A stretch of DNA of 64,000 bases from a virus (lineage: Duplodnaviria > Caudoviricetes): positions 1,862-65,861 of IMG/VR virus record IMGVR_UViG_3300000239_000003. The stretch is one strand, 5' to 3'. The notes beneath the pieces were generated by a model. It was given only the letters and a program-made list of their open reading frames with translations, had not been told where the DNA came from and searched no databases. Both the position numbers and the translations under genes were made by a program. This document shows positions 8,842 to 18,818 of the stretch, in pieces; position 1 is the stretch's first letter, and every line of letters starts with the position of its first letter.

Positions 8842-9275
8842 TGGTATAATCTTGTAATATCTTCTTCGTCACATTTGTCACCATATTGTACTTCTACAAT
8901 GCTTAATTCCTGTCTTGAGGGATTAATTAATTGATGCCAAGTATCTGCTGGTATAACTAATGTTTCAGTTTCATGTAATATAACAGTAGTGCTATTATCT
9001 TCTATTAAATCTTGCTCTAATGTTTTACTACCCCGTGGGTAATCTTCACTAAGTATCACCCTTGCTACGCCACTATTAACGCACCAAAATTCGTTTCTAT
9101 ATTCATGTTTTTGAAAACTTAAACACATACTAGGACTAACTACTAGTTCTTTTACTTTAACTTCGTTGAAGTCGCCTAGAACTCTGTAATATCCCCATAC
9201 GCGATGTTCCTTTTGAACTTCTTTAAGAATTTCGTGAATTTGGGTATTCGCGTTTTTTGTACTCTCTGTTGTCAT
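8838..9275 (-). CDS. cupin protein (mannose-6-phosphate isomerase type II C-terminal-like)
   Basis: RVWGYY, LSFQKHEYRNEFW, WHQLINP, EVQYG..CDEEDITR; start trimmed to MTTES. Confidence 0.8.
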   Translation of the reverse strand: MTTESTKNANTQIHEILKEVQKEHRVWGYYRVLGDFNEVKVKELVVSPSMCLSFQKHEYRNEFWCVNSGVARVILSEDYPRGSKTLEQDLIEDNSTTVILHETETLVIPADTWHQLINPSRQELSIVEVQYGDKCDEEDITRLYQ

Positions 9276-9483
9276 GACGCTTGTTATCGAATCGCTTTTT
9301 ATATTGGTTAAAGGGATAGCCAGGCCATTGACGTGCCTTGCCCGTATCTTTCCATCTAAGGAAATCATCATAAGGAGTTTTTCCCTTATATAGATGTGCC
9401 TCGTTAAATACCCGCCCAAACTCCCTACAAAAATTGCGGTATTCATCTAGATCTTCAAAGACCTTTATAACTGCTTCTTTCAT
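9223..9483 (-). CDS. conserved phage hypothetical protein
   Basis: VFEDLDEYRNFCREFGRVFNEAHLY; start trimmed to MKEAVIK. Confidence 0.65.
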   Translation of the reverse strand: MKEAVIKVFEDLDEYRNFCREFGRVFNEAHLYKGKTPYDDFLRWKDTGKARQWPGYPFNQYKKRFDNKRHDNREYKKREYPNSRNS

Positions 9484-9488
9484 TGTTA

Positions 9489-9935
9489 TTATTCTGCGGC
9501 TAAGGTTATAGGATAGACGCAATGGCAGCCGTTTTCGCCATCTTCGCCTACTTCGATCCATACTTCTCTATCTGGGTATTTGTCGTTAATAGCCATATAA
9601 AGATCATCAGCAATCATCTCACAGGACTTGTAGTCCAGTTGTAATGTGCCTGCATACAAGTTTTCCATCCAACGCTTAAACTGGATAAATTCAATATCCC
9701 TGTCATCGTGGAATACTTGTATAGTAACTCTAAAGTGGAATGTGTGGCGATGCGGATATCCAAGAAAGGATACATCATACTCATCACCAGTTGCTAGTGC
9801 GGGGTCTTCCAAAGCGGCAGGGTATTTGTGTATGCCTTCTTTTTGGAATTTAACCCAAATCATCTTGGGCATTTGTTGGACTTTTTCTGTCCTTAATTGA
9901 CGTCTATGATCGTCTATGTTGAATACTTCATTCAT
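9489..9935 (-). CDS. second T-fold QueD-like protein, DpdL-like (putative CDG decarboxylase)
   Basis: EGIHKYP, LGYPHRHTF (LxxxHRHxF), DRDIEFI, SCEMIA, EDGENG; lacks the canonical QueD CxxxHGH motif. Confidence 0.7.
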   Translation of the reverse strand: MNEVFNIDDHRRQLRTEKVQQMPKMIWVKFQKEGIHKYPAALEDPALATGDEYDVSFLGYPHRHTFHFRVTIQVFHDDRDIEFIQFKRWMENLYAGTLQLDYKSCEMIADDLYMAINDKYPDREVWIEVGEDGENGCHCVYPITLAAE

Positions 9936-9937
9936 AA

Positions 9938-10276
9938 TTAACTCACAGGTTCAGTTGATACGTGTTCTTCTTTTCCATCTACCCCTTCCCACGATTTGTG
10001 GTCGGGCATTGGGTCCTTTTGCTCTGTTATGTTGGGCCATATTCTAGAGTATTTGTCATTGAATTCTGCCCAATCTATACTGCCAGTTTGCGTGTATTCA
10101 TTGTCTGGTACAATGGCTTCAATGGGACATTCAGGCTCACATATACCACAGTCAATACACTCGTCTGGATGTATAATTAGCATGTTTTCGCCTTCGTAAA
10201 AGCAGTCCACCGGGCATACTTCTACGCAGTCCGTTAATTTACATTTAACGCAAAGTTCATTAACTATATATGTCAT
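9938..10276 (-). CDS. fdxA: 7Fe ferredoxin (FdxA type)
   Basis: [21 protein letters not shown] and [18 protein letters not shown]-terminal motif. Confidence 0.92.
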   Translation of the reverse strand: MTYIVNELCVKCKLTDCVEVCPVDCFYEGENMLIIHPDECIDCGICEPECPIEAIVPDNEYTQTGSIDWAEFNDKYSRIWPNITEQKDPMPDHKSWEGVDGKEEHVSTEPVS

Positions 10277-10288
10277 AACGTAATTATA

Positions 10289-10555
10289 CTATGACCACTT
10301 GATATTGTCAAGTAAAGATGAGTGTCCTTCTTTGTATTGTATCACTACATTTCCTTTGGCGTCAATACCGTCCCAAGTGAAATCTTCGCCATATATCAGA
10401 CCTAATGTGCCCAGATGGTTGCATAGCATAGCAACTGCTTCAACGGTTCTGTAGCTGGCGTTTAGTGCGCCGCCTTCTACAGTTTTACCCGATGTTTCTC
10501 CTATCCATCTATCACGGACAGTAACTTTATTAATATTAAACCTTCCGATTTCCAT
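10289..10555 (-). CDS. hypothetical protein
   Basis: 88 aa ORF coupled to clpP. Confidence 0.6.
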   Translation of the reverse strand: MEIGRFNINKVTVRDRWIGETSGKTVEGGALNASYRTVEAVAMLCNHLGTLGLIYGEDFTWDGIDAKGNVVIQYKEGHSSLLDNIKWS

Positions 10556-11196
10556 CAGTATACTGATTTAATCTTATCCGCAACACCATACTTTACTGCC
10601 TCGTCAGCATTAAGCCATACATCTTGTGGCGGTAACAATACTTCACGAATCTTCTTTTCAGTAAGTCCAGTACATTTTTTATAATGTGATAACATACGTT
10701 CTGTACTCATTTCAAATTCTCGCACAACTGCGAATAATTCGTGTTCTTTACCTCTACTGCCCCAACTATATTGGTGACTTAATATGCTAGTATTTGGTGT
10801 AATTGTTCTATAGCCTTTTTGCCCTGCCATAAATGTCAGTACGCCACAAGAAGCAATCATACCTAATCCTATTGTGCGTACAGGAATAGAAGATCCCTTC
10901 ATAACATCTATTAAAGCAAATGCGTGTGCAACTTCACCACCAGGACTATTAATCATTAGTGTAAGATATTTTGGTTTTAATTTTGTAGGTAATACGTTTT
11001 TCTCAAGTATAAACCTAATTGCCATACCACATGATTCTTCATTAAAGTCAGTCATAAACATATGAATGTTATTATCATATAGTGGATCACCGCTTGGTTG
11101 CGGGCCACGTGGGCGTTGTGGTTTTGGACCTGCTTCTGTATCCTTATCCGCGGCCGCGTTCTTAACTGCTTTTGCTTTCTTTTTCTTTACTGCCAT
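10555..11196 (-). CDS. clpP: ClpP-family protease subunit
   Basis: LMINSPGG, GMIASCG (catalytic Ser), SHQ (His), DVWLNADEAVKYGVADKI; GAGGAG RBS. Confidence 0.9.
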   Translation of the reverse strand: MAVKKKKAKAVKNAAADKDTEAGPKPQRPRGPQPSGDPLYDNNIHMFMTDFNEESCGMAIRFILEKNVLPTKLKPKYLTLMINSPGGEVAHAFALIDVMKGSSIPVRTIGLGMIASCGVLTFMAGQKGYRTITPNTSILSHQYSWGSRGKEHELFAVVREFEMSTERMLSHYKKCTGLTEKKIREVLLPPQDVWLNADEAVKYGVADKIKSVY

Positions 11197-11305
11197 GTTT
11201 TTGCTCCTCTATATCATTGATTCGTTTCTCTATAGGAAATCGAATTATATTATTATGTTGTTTGTTTAGTTCTATACGTTGCTGTATATACTCTAAAAGT
11301 GTCAT
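11162..11305 (-). CDS. 47-aa hypothetical micro-protein
   Basis: MTLLEYIQQRIELNKQHNNIIRFPIEKR...; TAATG overlap with the TGT-like gene stop; fills gap to clpP. Confidence 0.4.
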   Translation of the reverse strand: MTLLEYIQQRIELNKQHNNIIRFPIEKRINDIEEQKHGSKEKESKSS

Positions 11306-12783
11306 TACTCAAATAAGTTATGAAATGACTCCTCTGCACTATATACTTCCTTGGCCATCACTTCATCCTTTCCCATTGGTTCTATGCCTAATTCATCTGC
11401 ATAGGCTTCAGAAGTATTTACCCCTTGGATGCGTGTAAACCATCTACTATATTTCTCTACTTCAGCAATGGCATTAGCATGATCTTTCTTAGAAAATATC
11501 TCGTGAATCACTTCTGCTATGTGAGCGCCATTTGGTGCTATTAATTGTTTAGGCATTATTCCTTGATCATAACATTCATTTGCTCGCTGTGTTGCTAAAA
11601 TATGCAAGTAAACATTGTGTCCCATTTGTAATGCATAACTAAAACTATCCCAACTTGTTCTTCCTTCCTTTCCTATTTTATTTAAATCACCTGGGCCATA
11701 CGGACACACGTCATTCATTTGTATTCTTTCGCTTATAGGACTTGGTTCCCAATCTCTGTCAGGAAATTCAATATTGTAATCAAATATTCTTGTATCTGTT
11801 GAATACTTTTTGTCATCTACTGCTTTAAGCATTCTATAAGTCCAACCCTTGCGTAAATGGTCAGTGTGTATGCTTGTATACATCGTGCCATATGCTGTTG
11901 CTAAAAACGGTGATGCACAATCATATGATAGTATAATGTCTGGGTTTATTTTATCACGTATTTCACGTTGAAATGATGTGAGCACAATACTCCAAAGCAA
12001 TTCACCTGTGCCCAAGTAATGCATCCATTCTGTCTCACCTAAAAATCCATCCTCACGCATTTTCAATAGTCTGCGTATAGCAATCTCTACATCCTTTTTA
12101 TTGATAGAACTTAATGCCCATCCCTCAAAGTTTGCCTTCTCGCCTGTGCTGTATGGTTTAACGGCCTCATACCATTCCTCACATTGCTTCCAATTGTTGC
12201 CTTGTAATACGTTTAAAAACTTTGTAGCACCTGGCTCACGTGCTTGTGCGAAGTAATCATTATTGTTTAACGTGCCTTGCAAGCATTTTTGCCAAGTATC
12301 AAGTCCGTGTAAATGTGAGTGAGTAACACTAAACGTAGGTAAGTCAAGAACCATTGAGTAATCAAATGTGCCTTCTAAAAACCGTAATACTTTTTCGCGT
12401 ATTTCGTCAGTTTTCTTATCAACACCGTATGGTTCCAGCCATTCTCCCATCCACACACCCTTGGATATTTGGAATCCACCGCTGTCACCTACTAATACAG
12501 TGTCTTGTGCTCTATTGCGGACCATGTCCTCTTTAGCAGAGAACTTATCTAAATTCATATCAGCATGACCCGCAGAATACAATGCCCAAGGATACTTAAA
12601 ATATCCTTCACGCATATTAAGGAAGTTTAAGCCTTCTATACCACTAGTAAAACGAGACGGAATTCTATCTTGGGGTACAAATTCTTCGTATCGTTGTTTG
12701 CCTACATATGCGGCATAAAAACTACTAATGGCTGGTAAGTAGATGGCATAGTTTCCCTGTGTTTCTACAAGGTTTTCTCTCAT
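11305..12783 (-). CDS. tRNA-guanine-transglycosylase-fold protein, DpdA-like DNA base-exchange enzyme
   Basis: DSGGFQ, MVLDLP, LNVLQG, MHYLG, YDCASP equivalents of TGT motifs; no CxCxxC zinc site; adjacent to folE/queD/queE and to the sliding clamp. Confidence 0.8.
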   Translation of the reverse strand: MRENLVETQGNYAIYLPAISSFYAAYVGKQRYEEFVPQDRIPSRFTSGIEGLNFLNMREGYFKYPWALYSAGHADMNLDKFSAKEDMVRNRAQDTVLVGDSGGFQISKGVWMGEWLEPYGVDKKTDEIREKVLRFLEGTFDYSMVLDLPTFSVTHSHLHGLDTWQKCLQGTLNNNDYFAQAREPGATKFLNVLQGNNWKQCEEWYEAVKPYSTGEKANFEGWALSSINKKDVEIAIRRLLKMREDGFLGETEWMHYLGTGELLWSIVLTSFQREIRDKINPDIILSYDCASPFLATAYGTMYTSIHTDHLRKGWTYRMLKAVDDKKYSTDTRIFDYNIEFPDRDWEPSPISERIQMNDVCPYGPGDLNKIGKEGRTSWDSFSYALQMGHNVYLHILATQRANECYDQGIMPKQLIAPNGAHIAEVIHEIFSKKDHANAIAEVEKYSRWFTRIQGVNTSEAYADELGIEPMGKDEVMAKEVYSAEESFHNLFE

Positions 12784-13511
12784 TTACTTTGTGCTGGTAA
12801 TATATAATTGTATTTTGCTAAACCGCTATCTACTAGTACCCGCAATGCGCCTTTATCGCTAAATGACATTACTTTGTCGCCAGTTAAATGTAAAATCTTT
12901 AACACTTGCTGTACTGGCCACGTCCATCCTGTTTTTAATGAACTACCTATACTTGTTTCAAACACAAACTGTCCTGCGTGTGTACTATGATCACCAAACT
13001 CAAATATTAAATTCTTTTTATCAGTCTTAACTGTAAATACATCTTCCTCTGAGTTTACTTGTGCTTGATAGCCAAAACGCATAATTGCTGGAGTATTTGG
13101 CTCAAACTCAATATCCCATTCGACGCCTTTAAACTTTACGCTTTTAAGTTTGTTTTCTATAATTTCAGCGTTCATAAATCTGTAATCGTTTTGGAAGTCA
13201 CCTGCTTTGTTCTCAAAGTGAATACCTGTAGGAACCACTTCACCATTGCGTTCCTGTTGACTAAGTTCTAACTTCGCATCTTCCTTATATTCAGGAATCT
13301 TTAATAACGTGTCTAGTTTATTAAGGTTTGGCATACCAAACGTGCCTATAAACTCTGACACTGGGTCGTGTGTTTCTGCTTGTAACACGACACTCCTATC
13401 CTCAGCCATAGACTCTATTGTCGTATCCGTTGTTGTGCCGGTTACCTTAATAATTTCTAAATAGCCTAAGGCGTGTGTATGACTAATTACATCTGCTAAA
13501 ATATCTTTCAT
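12780..13511 (-). CDS. DNA polymerase sliding clamp (gp45-like)
   Basis: 243 aa, FGMPNLNKL, DYRFM, C-terminal VDSGLAKYNYILPAQ; position near PolB. Confidence 0.75.
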   Translation of the reverse strand: MKDILADVISHTHALGYLEIIKVTGTTTDTTIESMAEDRSVVLQAETHDPVSEFIGTFGMPNLNKLDTLLKIPEYKEDAKLELSQQERNGEVVPTGIHFENKAGDFQNDYRFMNAEIIENKLKSVKFKGVEWDIEFEPNTPAIMRFGYQAQVNSEEDVFTVKTDKKNLIFEFGDHSTHAGQFVFETSIGSSLKTGWTWPVQQVLKILHLTGDKVMSFSDKGALRVLVDSGLAKYNYILPAQSK

Positions 13512-13596
13512 TGATTATTCCTACGTTAAAGTTATATTATAGAAAAATAGTGATTTTCTACATTAAAGTATATTATATTATAAAATTGATTAATTG

Positions 13597-14511
13597 TCAA
13601 GGTATTGGCTCTTGATCATGAACTTTTAGATAACCAATACTAGGTGTGTGTTTAATTCCTTTTGCTAATTTCCCAGGTTTTCTGATTATAACCCAACTTA
13701 ATCTAAATTGGTAATCTGATTCCTCAATAACGTCAAAACCATTTTTATTGGCCAATCCTTCCATTAATTCTCTAGTCATATAACAATAATGTTTGTTTTC
13801 GAACTGCTCTGCTGATTTTTCTAATAAACAATTAGCATAACTTAAAATAGCAGTTCCACCAGGCATTAATATATCAAATATTCCTACTAGATATCGGTTA
13901 ATAATGTCATATGGCAGAAATTCAAGATGGTACCAGCTAAACACAAATGCAAATGCGTTTTGCGGCAAATAACTAAAATTAGCATCTTCTAATTGATACA
14001 CTCTAATTCGTCGTTTATATACGTTATTAAATTGGGATCTAACATATTCAATTGGTGTTAAATCTGGTCCAATTAAGAATAACGGATCCATACCTACTAA
14101 ATCCCTTGTCCAAAAACTAGACCGCGGGCCTATTTCACACCCAGGATATTGAAAATCTATATTCTTTTTAATTTTAGTCATTATTAGAGCTTTTAATTCA
14201 TCACGCCAGAAATCATCAGGAATTATCTCAATATCGGTATGTTTTTTCGTTTTTTCATAATTAGCATAACTCTGTTTTAATCGTGGTGGTTGTATTTTTG
14301 TATAAAAAGTATTTTGTAATTTTAAATCAACATTTCTAATTTCAAGTTCTAAATTTTTTAATTCCTTATTAAATTTTGTTAATATGGTCTTATTATATTT
14401 TATTGTACTATTATCTATTATTTGATTTATATCATCAAAATTTTCATTAATATCTTCAGTATTAAGTTTATCTAATAACTCACGCTCTTTAATATATTCT
14501 AATAAGTTCAT
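13597..14511 (-). CDS. class I SAM-dependent methyltransferase-like protein with N-terminal coiled coil
   Basis: GCEIGP, LPQNAFAFVFSW, ILMPGG. Confidence 0.7.
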   Translation of the reverse strand: MNLLEYIKERELLDKLNTEDINENFDDINQIIDNSTIKYNKTILTKFNKELKNLELEIRNVDLKLQNTFYTKIQPPRLKQSYANYEKTKKHTDIEIIPDDFWRDELKALIMTKIKKNIDFQYPGCEIGPRSSFWTRDLVGMDPLFLIGPDLTPIEYVRSQFNNVYKRRIRVYQLEDANFSYLPQNAFAFVFSWYHLEFLPYDIINRYLVGIFDILMPGGTAILSYANCLLEKSAEQFENKHYCYMTRELMEGLANKNGFDVIEESDYQFRLSWVIIRKPGKLAKGIKHTPSIGYLKVHDQEPIP

Positions 14512-17159
14512 AATTCAAATAAATCATCAAATGTACTGCGTGATGTGCCTTGTCGCAAATCCCACTTCATAACATTTAATAGATTCCCTATTTTTTTATC
14601 GATAATTGTTTCTTCCATAGCAATATGATCAAATGGAAGTTCTTTAAACCAGTCTGGTAACCTTACTTCATCAATTGGATAGGCTACACTGGTTATGCCC
14701 ATTGGATTGCTCTTTAACTTACATACTATAGTCTTTTGGCCATCCATTATTTGCATACTATACTTGTCGCTATTCATATCCCGCAGGTTATTCCAGTTCA
14801 TTGCCGCTCTGACATGCCCTGGCATATTTGCTTTACCTTCGCGTTCTTCACGTTTAGTATACATTGTTAAATTATTTACCCGTTTCGGAGTTCCCTTTTC
14901 CCATCCTGGTTTGTCAGCAAAGTCAAACTTAAATGCTTTAATTTTCTCTATAATCTCTGCTTCTTTTATATTTGTTAAAACATCTAGCAATAGTATATTT
15001 AGAAAGTCTTGCATAATTACTGGCGTATCTGATCTCTTTAAGTCCATGCCCATTGCTTTTACCTTGCCAGGGCCGTCTTGATCTACACGTTTACCTTCTA
15101 AATCATATATAAGAGTAGCATATCGCTTCTTAGTTATAAACAAACCACTACTTGCAACAATCTCACGCTCACACTTAATAATGTCACCTAATTCCTTTGT
15201 ACAGTTAAAACTCTGTGCCATAAATGCTGGAAATGATTTATTAACTTCCTCTGCTACGTTATCATACAATTCAATAACTGTTTCTTTATCCCACGGAATG
15301 TTGCCTGCATCTATATCCTCTTTAAGTATATCATATGTTGAGAAATAACAACTGTCTGTGTCGCCATATATAATAGCATCACCATCATGCTCATAATTGC
15401 CTGTTATAATTTTGTTTATATAACTTGCCATGTGCTTTGTGATAGTTCTGCCACATAATGTAGTGCTTTGTCCTAAACGCATGTCAAAGAATCTACAATA
15501 TGGATTTAACAATGCACCATATAAACTATTTAGATTAATTTTCTTTACAAGTTGCCTTTTATCCCAAAATACAATATCTTTTTGTGTCTTGGCTTTGTGC
15601 AATTTTGTTTGCATTTGCTTACGTTCAGCATACCACTTTTCCAACAATCCAGGAATAATTCCTTTTCTATCATTCCTAAATAATGTGCCATTTGCACTTA
15701 ATAGTAATTTGTTGCCATGCTTACCAAACACAATACCGTGTATATCTAATGCTGTTTTAACTTCTTCCTTGCCATCTTCCCAGTCAATAGTAATTTCTGT
15801 ATTTGACTCTCTGTTCATTACTGCTTCATATTCTAACGAGCCAAACTGTCCTTCCCAGCCATCTGATTGAGTTTTGCCTGATGCAATAACACTATTGATA
15901 TGATTCTGCGTCATAGTAGGACGCAATTGTCCTATGATAGTTTCTGGACTCATGTTTAATGCTCGTATAGCACTTGGATACAGACTGTTTATATCCACTG
16001 AGCCAATCCAATGATGTAATCCTTTCATGGGCGTTGCTACATATGCACCAGCGGCCGTAACCGTTTTGCTGTCATCCCTGTCAGGTTTATTAGGAACTAC
16101 TAAACCTTGTGCGTGTGCTTCATTAATAATCGCTTGCTCTGTTACTGCTACTGCCCCCATTGTTGTGGGTAATAGCACAGTGTTTTGATGTGCCAGTTCG
16201 TTTGCTAGGTCAATAAATCTTAATTTCTCATCCATACGCACAATAAGCATAACATCCTGCCTGTTATACTCTATAAACTTTTCAAAGTCTGTATTGTATA
16301 ATTGGTCTAACGTGCCTTCATATGGAATTTTCTTGTCTTGTAATTCATACTCCGCTACTGTGTCGAGACTATAACTGTGCATCTCATGATATGTATATTT
16401 GCGATACAATTCTAAATAGTCTAAATGCACTCTGCCTGTCAATTTAAAACTTATTTGTTCGCCCCCGTATTTCTCATATGAGAATTTTTTTGGGAATTGA
16501 TCCCATAAACAAAAGCGCCTTGTATCATCTTTACTTAATACACGAATAACTCTATTAACGAGATATGGCAAGTCATACCCTTCACTGTTCCAGCCAGTTA
16601 TGATATCACTATCTTCTATTAAGTCTAAAAATGTTTGTAGTAGTTGTGCTTCGCTGTTATAGACAAATGTATTTTCAAAGTTCTTTACAACACCTTGTGC
16701 TATATCCTCATGCATTGTTTTTGGTTTCAATGCTAAAGTTATCAATTGTTGTAATTGACCGAGATATACTGTAATTGCAGTTACTGATGCAGTAGGATCT
16801 TCTGGTTGACTAAATCCCTTTTCAGGATCAAAGTCGGCCTCAATGTCTACGTAGCAAATATTAAGAATAGGAGAATCGGCGTCAAGATAATTATCAGCAA
16901 GACACCTAAAGATCGGATTAATGTCACTTTCATAAGTTTGATTCCTACTATTAATTTTGAGTTCTCTATTAAACTCTTTTTTGTTTTTAGAATAAAATCT
17001 ACTAACAGGTCTGTCGTGTATAGTTTTATGCTTTCCTTTTATATCATCATAATAGAAAACATACTCTACAGGATACTGTTTGTATTGACGCTTGCCGTTA
17101 ATTCGTTCTGCAACGTTAATACATTCTTGTTCTTTATCTAAATAAGCATCAATATACAT
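14508..17159 (-). CDS. family B DNA polymerase
   Basis: Exo DIE, GWNSEGYDLPY, YNRQDV; Pol DINSLYPS, KINLNSLYG, YGDTDS, KKRY; C-terminal clamp-binding FDDLFEL. Confidence 0.97.
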   Translation of the reverse strand: MYIDAYLDKEQECINVAERINGKRQYKQYPVEYVFYYDDIKGKHKTIHDRPVSRFYSKNKKEFNRELKINSRNQTYESDINPIFRCLADNYLDADSPILNICYVDIEADFDPEKGFSQPEDPTASVTAITVYLGQLQQLITLALKPKTMHEDIAQGVVKNFENTFVYNSEAQLLQTFLDLIEDSDIITGWNSEGYDLPYLVNRVIRVLSKDDTRRFCLWDQFPKKFSYEKYGGEQISFKLTGRVHLDYLELYRKYTYHEMHSYSLDTVAEYELQDKKIPYEGTLDQLYNTDFEKFIEYNRQDVMLIVRMDEKLRFIDLANELAHQNTVLLPTTMGAVAVTEQAIINEAHAQGLVVPNKPDRDDSKTVTAAGAYVATPMKGLHHWIGSVDINSLYPSAIRALNMSPETIIGQLRPTMTQNHINSVIASGKTQSDGWEGQFGSLEYEAVMNRESNTEITIDWEDGKEEVKTALDIHGIVFGKHGNKLLLSANGTLFRNDRKGIIPGLLEKWYAERKQMQTKLHKAKTQKDIVFWDKRQLVKKINLNSLYGALLNPYCRFFDMRLGQSTTLCGRTITKHMASYINKIITGNYEHDGDAIIYGDTDSCYFSTYDILKEDIDAGNIPWDKETVIELYDNVAEEVNKSFPAFMAQSFNCTKELGDIIKCEREIVASSGLFITKKRYATLIYDLEGKRVDQDGPGKVKAMGMDLKRSDTPVIMQDFLNILLLDVLTNIKEAEIIEKIKAFKFDFADKPGWEKGTPKRVNNLTMYTKREEREGKANMPGHVRAAMNWNNLRDMNSDKYSMQIMDGQKTIVCKLKSNPMGITSVAYPIDEVRLPDWFKELPFDHIAMEETIIDKKIGNLLNVMKWDLRQGTSRSTFDDLFEL

Positions 17160-17165
17160 TAACTA

Positions 17166-17194
17166 ATTATAGCAGAAAAGTGTAGAAATTACAA
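17166..17194 (-). promoter_or_regulatory. sigma70-type promoter for DNA polymerase (probably leaderless)
   Basis: TTGTAA-N17-TATAAT with extended -10 TG; ATG follows after a 6-nt spacer. Confidence 0.65.
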
Positions 17195-18277
17195 GCCTTT
17201 TACCTTACTATCTACCATTTCTTTAGCAACTTGTGTAGTTGGTTTGTCTTCTTCTTGACTGGTTTTAAGTATATCATACGCTTTTTCATGTAGTGCTAAT
17301 AATTTTGGCTTTACCATTGGATCATCCCATTCTATATCAAGTGTTGTTGTTATATCATGCGTTATATTGGATGCGGCACTAATAAAAATCACACCGCCGG
17401 CATTAGAAAGATAATCGGGAACATATAATATACCCTCTTTATGTAATATATCTCCATCATTAGTTGTGCGTAATTGATTATTTGCTCCACCACATATAGC
17501 TTTGCTTTTAAAAGTTTTAATAAAGTCTGGAGTAATTGTGCCGCCTAATGCACAAGGCATATATACATCTGTAGCAATATCGTGTATATCGTTATCAGTT
17601 TCACTCCATATTAATTCAAAATCAGAATGAGTATTTAAGTGTTGTAATGCTGTTCTTAAATTCCTAAATGCAGCTTTGCGTATGTCTGTAGCATAAACCT
17701 TAACTGGGTGTTCTGATAAGAAGTTAATTAATCTGCTACCTACTTTGCCTAACCCAACTACCGAAAATGATTTGCCAGTCCAATTAACTTTACTAGTATC
17801 GTCTAATACTCTTAATAGTCCTTTTGTAGCACAGTATAAACCATATGCTGTGGCCCATCCAGAATCTTGACCACCAAATCCCAATACATATTGTGTATGT
17901 TTGTGTATTTCATCTAAATCATTTACATTAGTTCCTACATCGCCAGCACCATAATATGTGCCTGCTGTATAGTCCAATACTTCTGCAAATGATCTCCACA
18001 AGTCAGGAGATTTTGCTGTGTTAGCGTTTATAGTAGATTTACCACCACCAAAATGTAATCCTGCTAAGGCATTTTTATAAGTCATACCTTTTGATAAACG
18101 CAATGCGTCATAACGTTGCTCTTCATAACCAGCATACTTAAGATAGCGACACCCGCCTAAAGCGGGTCCTAGTTTAGTGTTATGAATCGCTACTATAGCA
18201 TCCAGGCCAGTTGTATCGTCAGTAGCACGTAATACTCGCTCGTGCGAACCAATCGGTATCTCTCTAATGTTTAACAC
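17189..18277 (-). CDS. Glu/Leu/Phe/Val dehydrogenase (leucine dehydrogenase-like)
   Basis: AIHNTKLGPALGGCR, LSKGMTYKNALAGL..GGGK, GDVGT, GLGKVG, PCALG, GGANNQL, PDYLSNAGGVI. Confidence 0.92.
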   Translation of the reverse strand: MLNIREIPIGSHERVLRATDDTTGLDAIVAIHNTKLGPALGGCRYLKYAGYEEQRYDALRLSKGMTYKNALAGLHFGGGKSTINANTAKSPDLWRSFAEVLDYTAGTYYGAGDVGTNVNDLDEIHKHTQYVLGFGGQDSGWATAYGLYCATKGLLRVLDDTSKVNWTGKSFSVVGLGKVGSRLINFLSEHPVKVYATDIRKAAFRNLRTALQHLNTHSDFELIWSETDNDIHDIATDVYMPCALGGTITPDFIKTFKSKAICGGANNQLRTTNDGDILHKEGILYVPDYLSNAGGVIFISAASNITHDITTTLDIEWDDPMVKPKLLALHEKAYDILKTSQEEDKPTTQVAKEMVDSKVKGL

Positions 18278-18339
18278 CTATGTCGCTCCCTAAATGTTAT
18301 ACTATATTTACTCTGTAGAAGAGTAGTTATAATACACTA

Positions 18340-18603
18340 TTATAAAGTTTTACCAACTGTTTCCAAAATACCTTCTAAATCACCTATGTCCGCTAATTGT
18401 TCCTGCCAATCTGATTTATATGCTGTACGTATTGCTTTATTAAGAATTGTTGGTTTACAATCCATTTCCTCAGCAATTGCTTTAACTGTATCACGCAATC
18501 CTTCTTTAAGGTCATCTACTTCTTGTAATACTCTAGTGCCTTCACTTACCAACTGTGTTAGCCTTGCTTTTTCTTCTGGGGTATATGATCCGCCATGCGC
18601 CAT
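18340..18603 (-). CDS. small dsDNA-binding protein (T4 DsbA/GapR-like)
   Basis: Coiled helix then LRDTVKAIAEEMDCKPTILNKAIRTAYK pattern. Confidence 0.65.
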   Translation of the reverse strand: MAHGGSYTPEEKARLTQLVSEGTRVLQEVDDLKEGLRDTVKAIAEEMDCKPTILNKAIRTAYKSDWQEQLADIGDLEGILETVGKTL

Positions 18604-18818
18604 TACATTTCTACCTGTGCTATTTGATCAGATGTTGTTTTTACAGACGTTGGGTCTGATTTTTTCTTTGCTTTTGCTTTCTTTTTTGCTGTAACTTTTT
18701 TAACAGATTTGGTTTCTGCTATTGTTACTGGTGGTGGCGATATTAGCAATCCAGCAATCGCCGCTTCTATCTTGTCAAGCCTTTCCTTCGCTTCTATCAC
18801 TTCTCTTTTTAAATTCAT
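18603..18818 (-). CDS. small basic hypothetical protein
   Basis: 71 aa, lysine-rich tail; coupled on both sides. Confidence 0.55.
   Translation of the reverse strand: MNLKREVIEAKERLDKIEAAIAGLLISPPPVTIAETKSVKKVTAKKKAKAKKKSDPTSVKTTSDQIAQVEM

Noticed and set aside
9489-9935. Calling this gene queF or a second true queD
   Set aside because: Lacks the QueF catalytic Cys/motif and the QueD CxxxHGH motif; a canonical queD is already at 5167..5643
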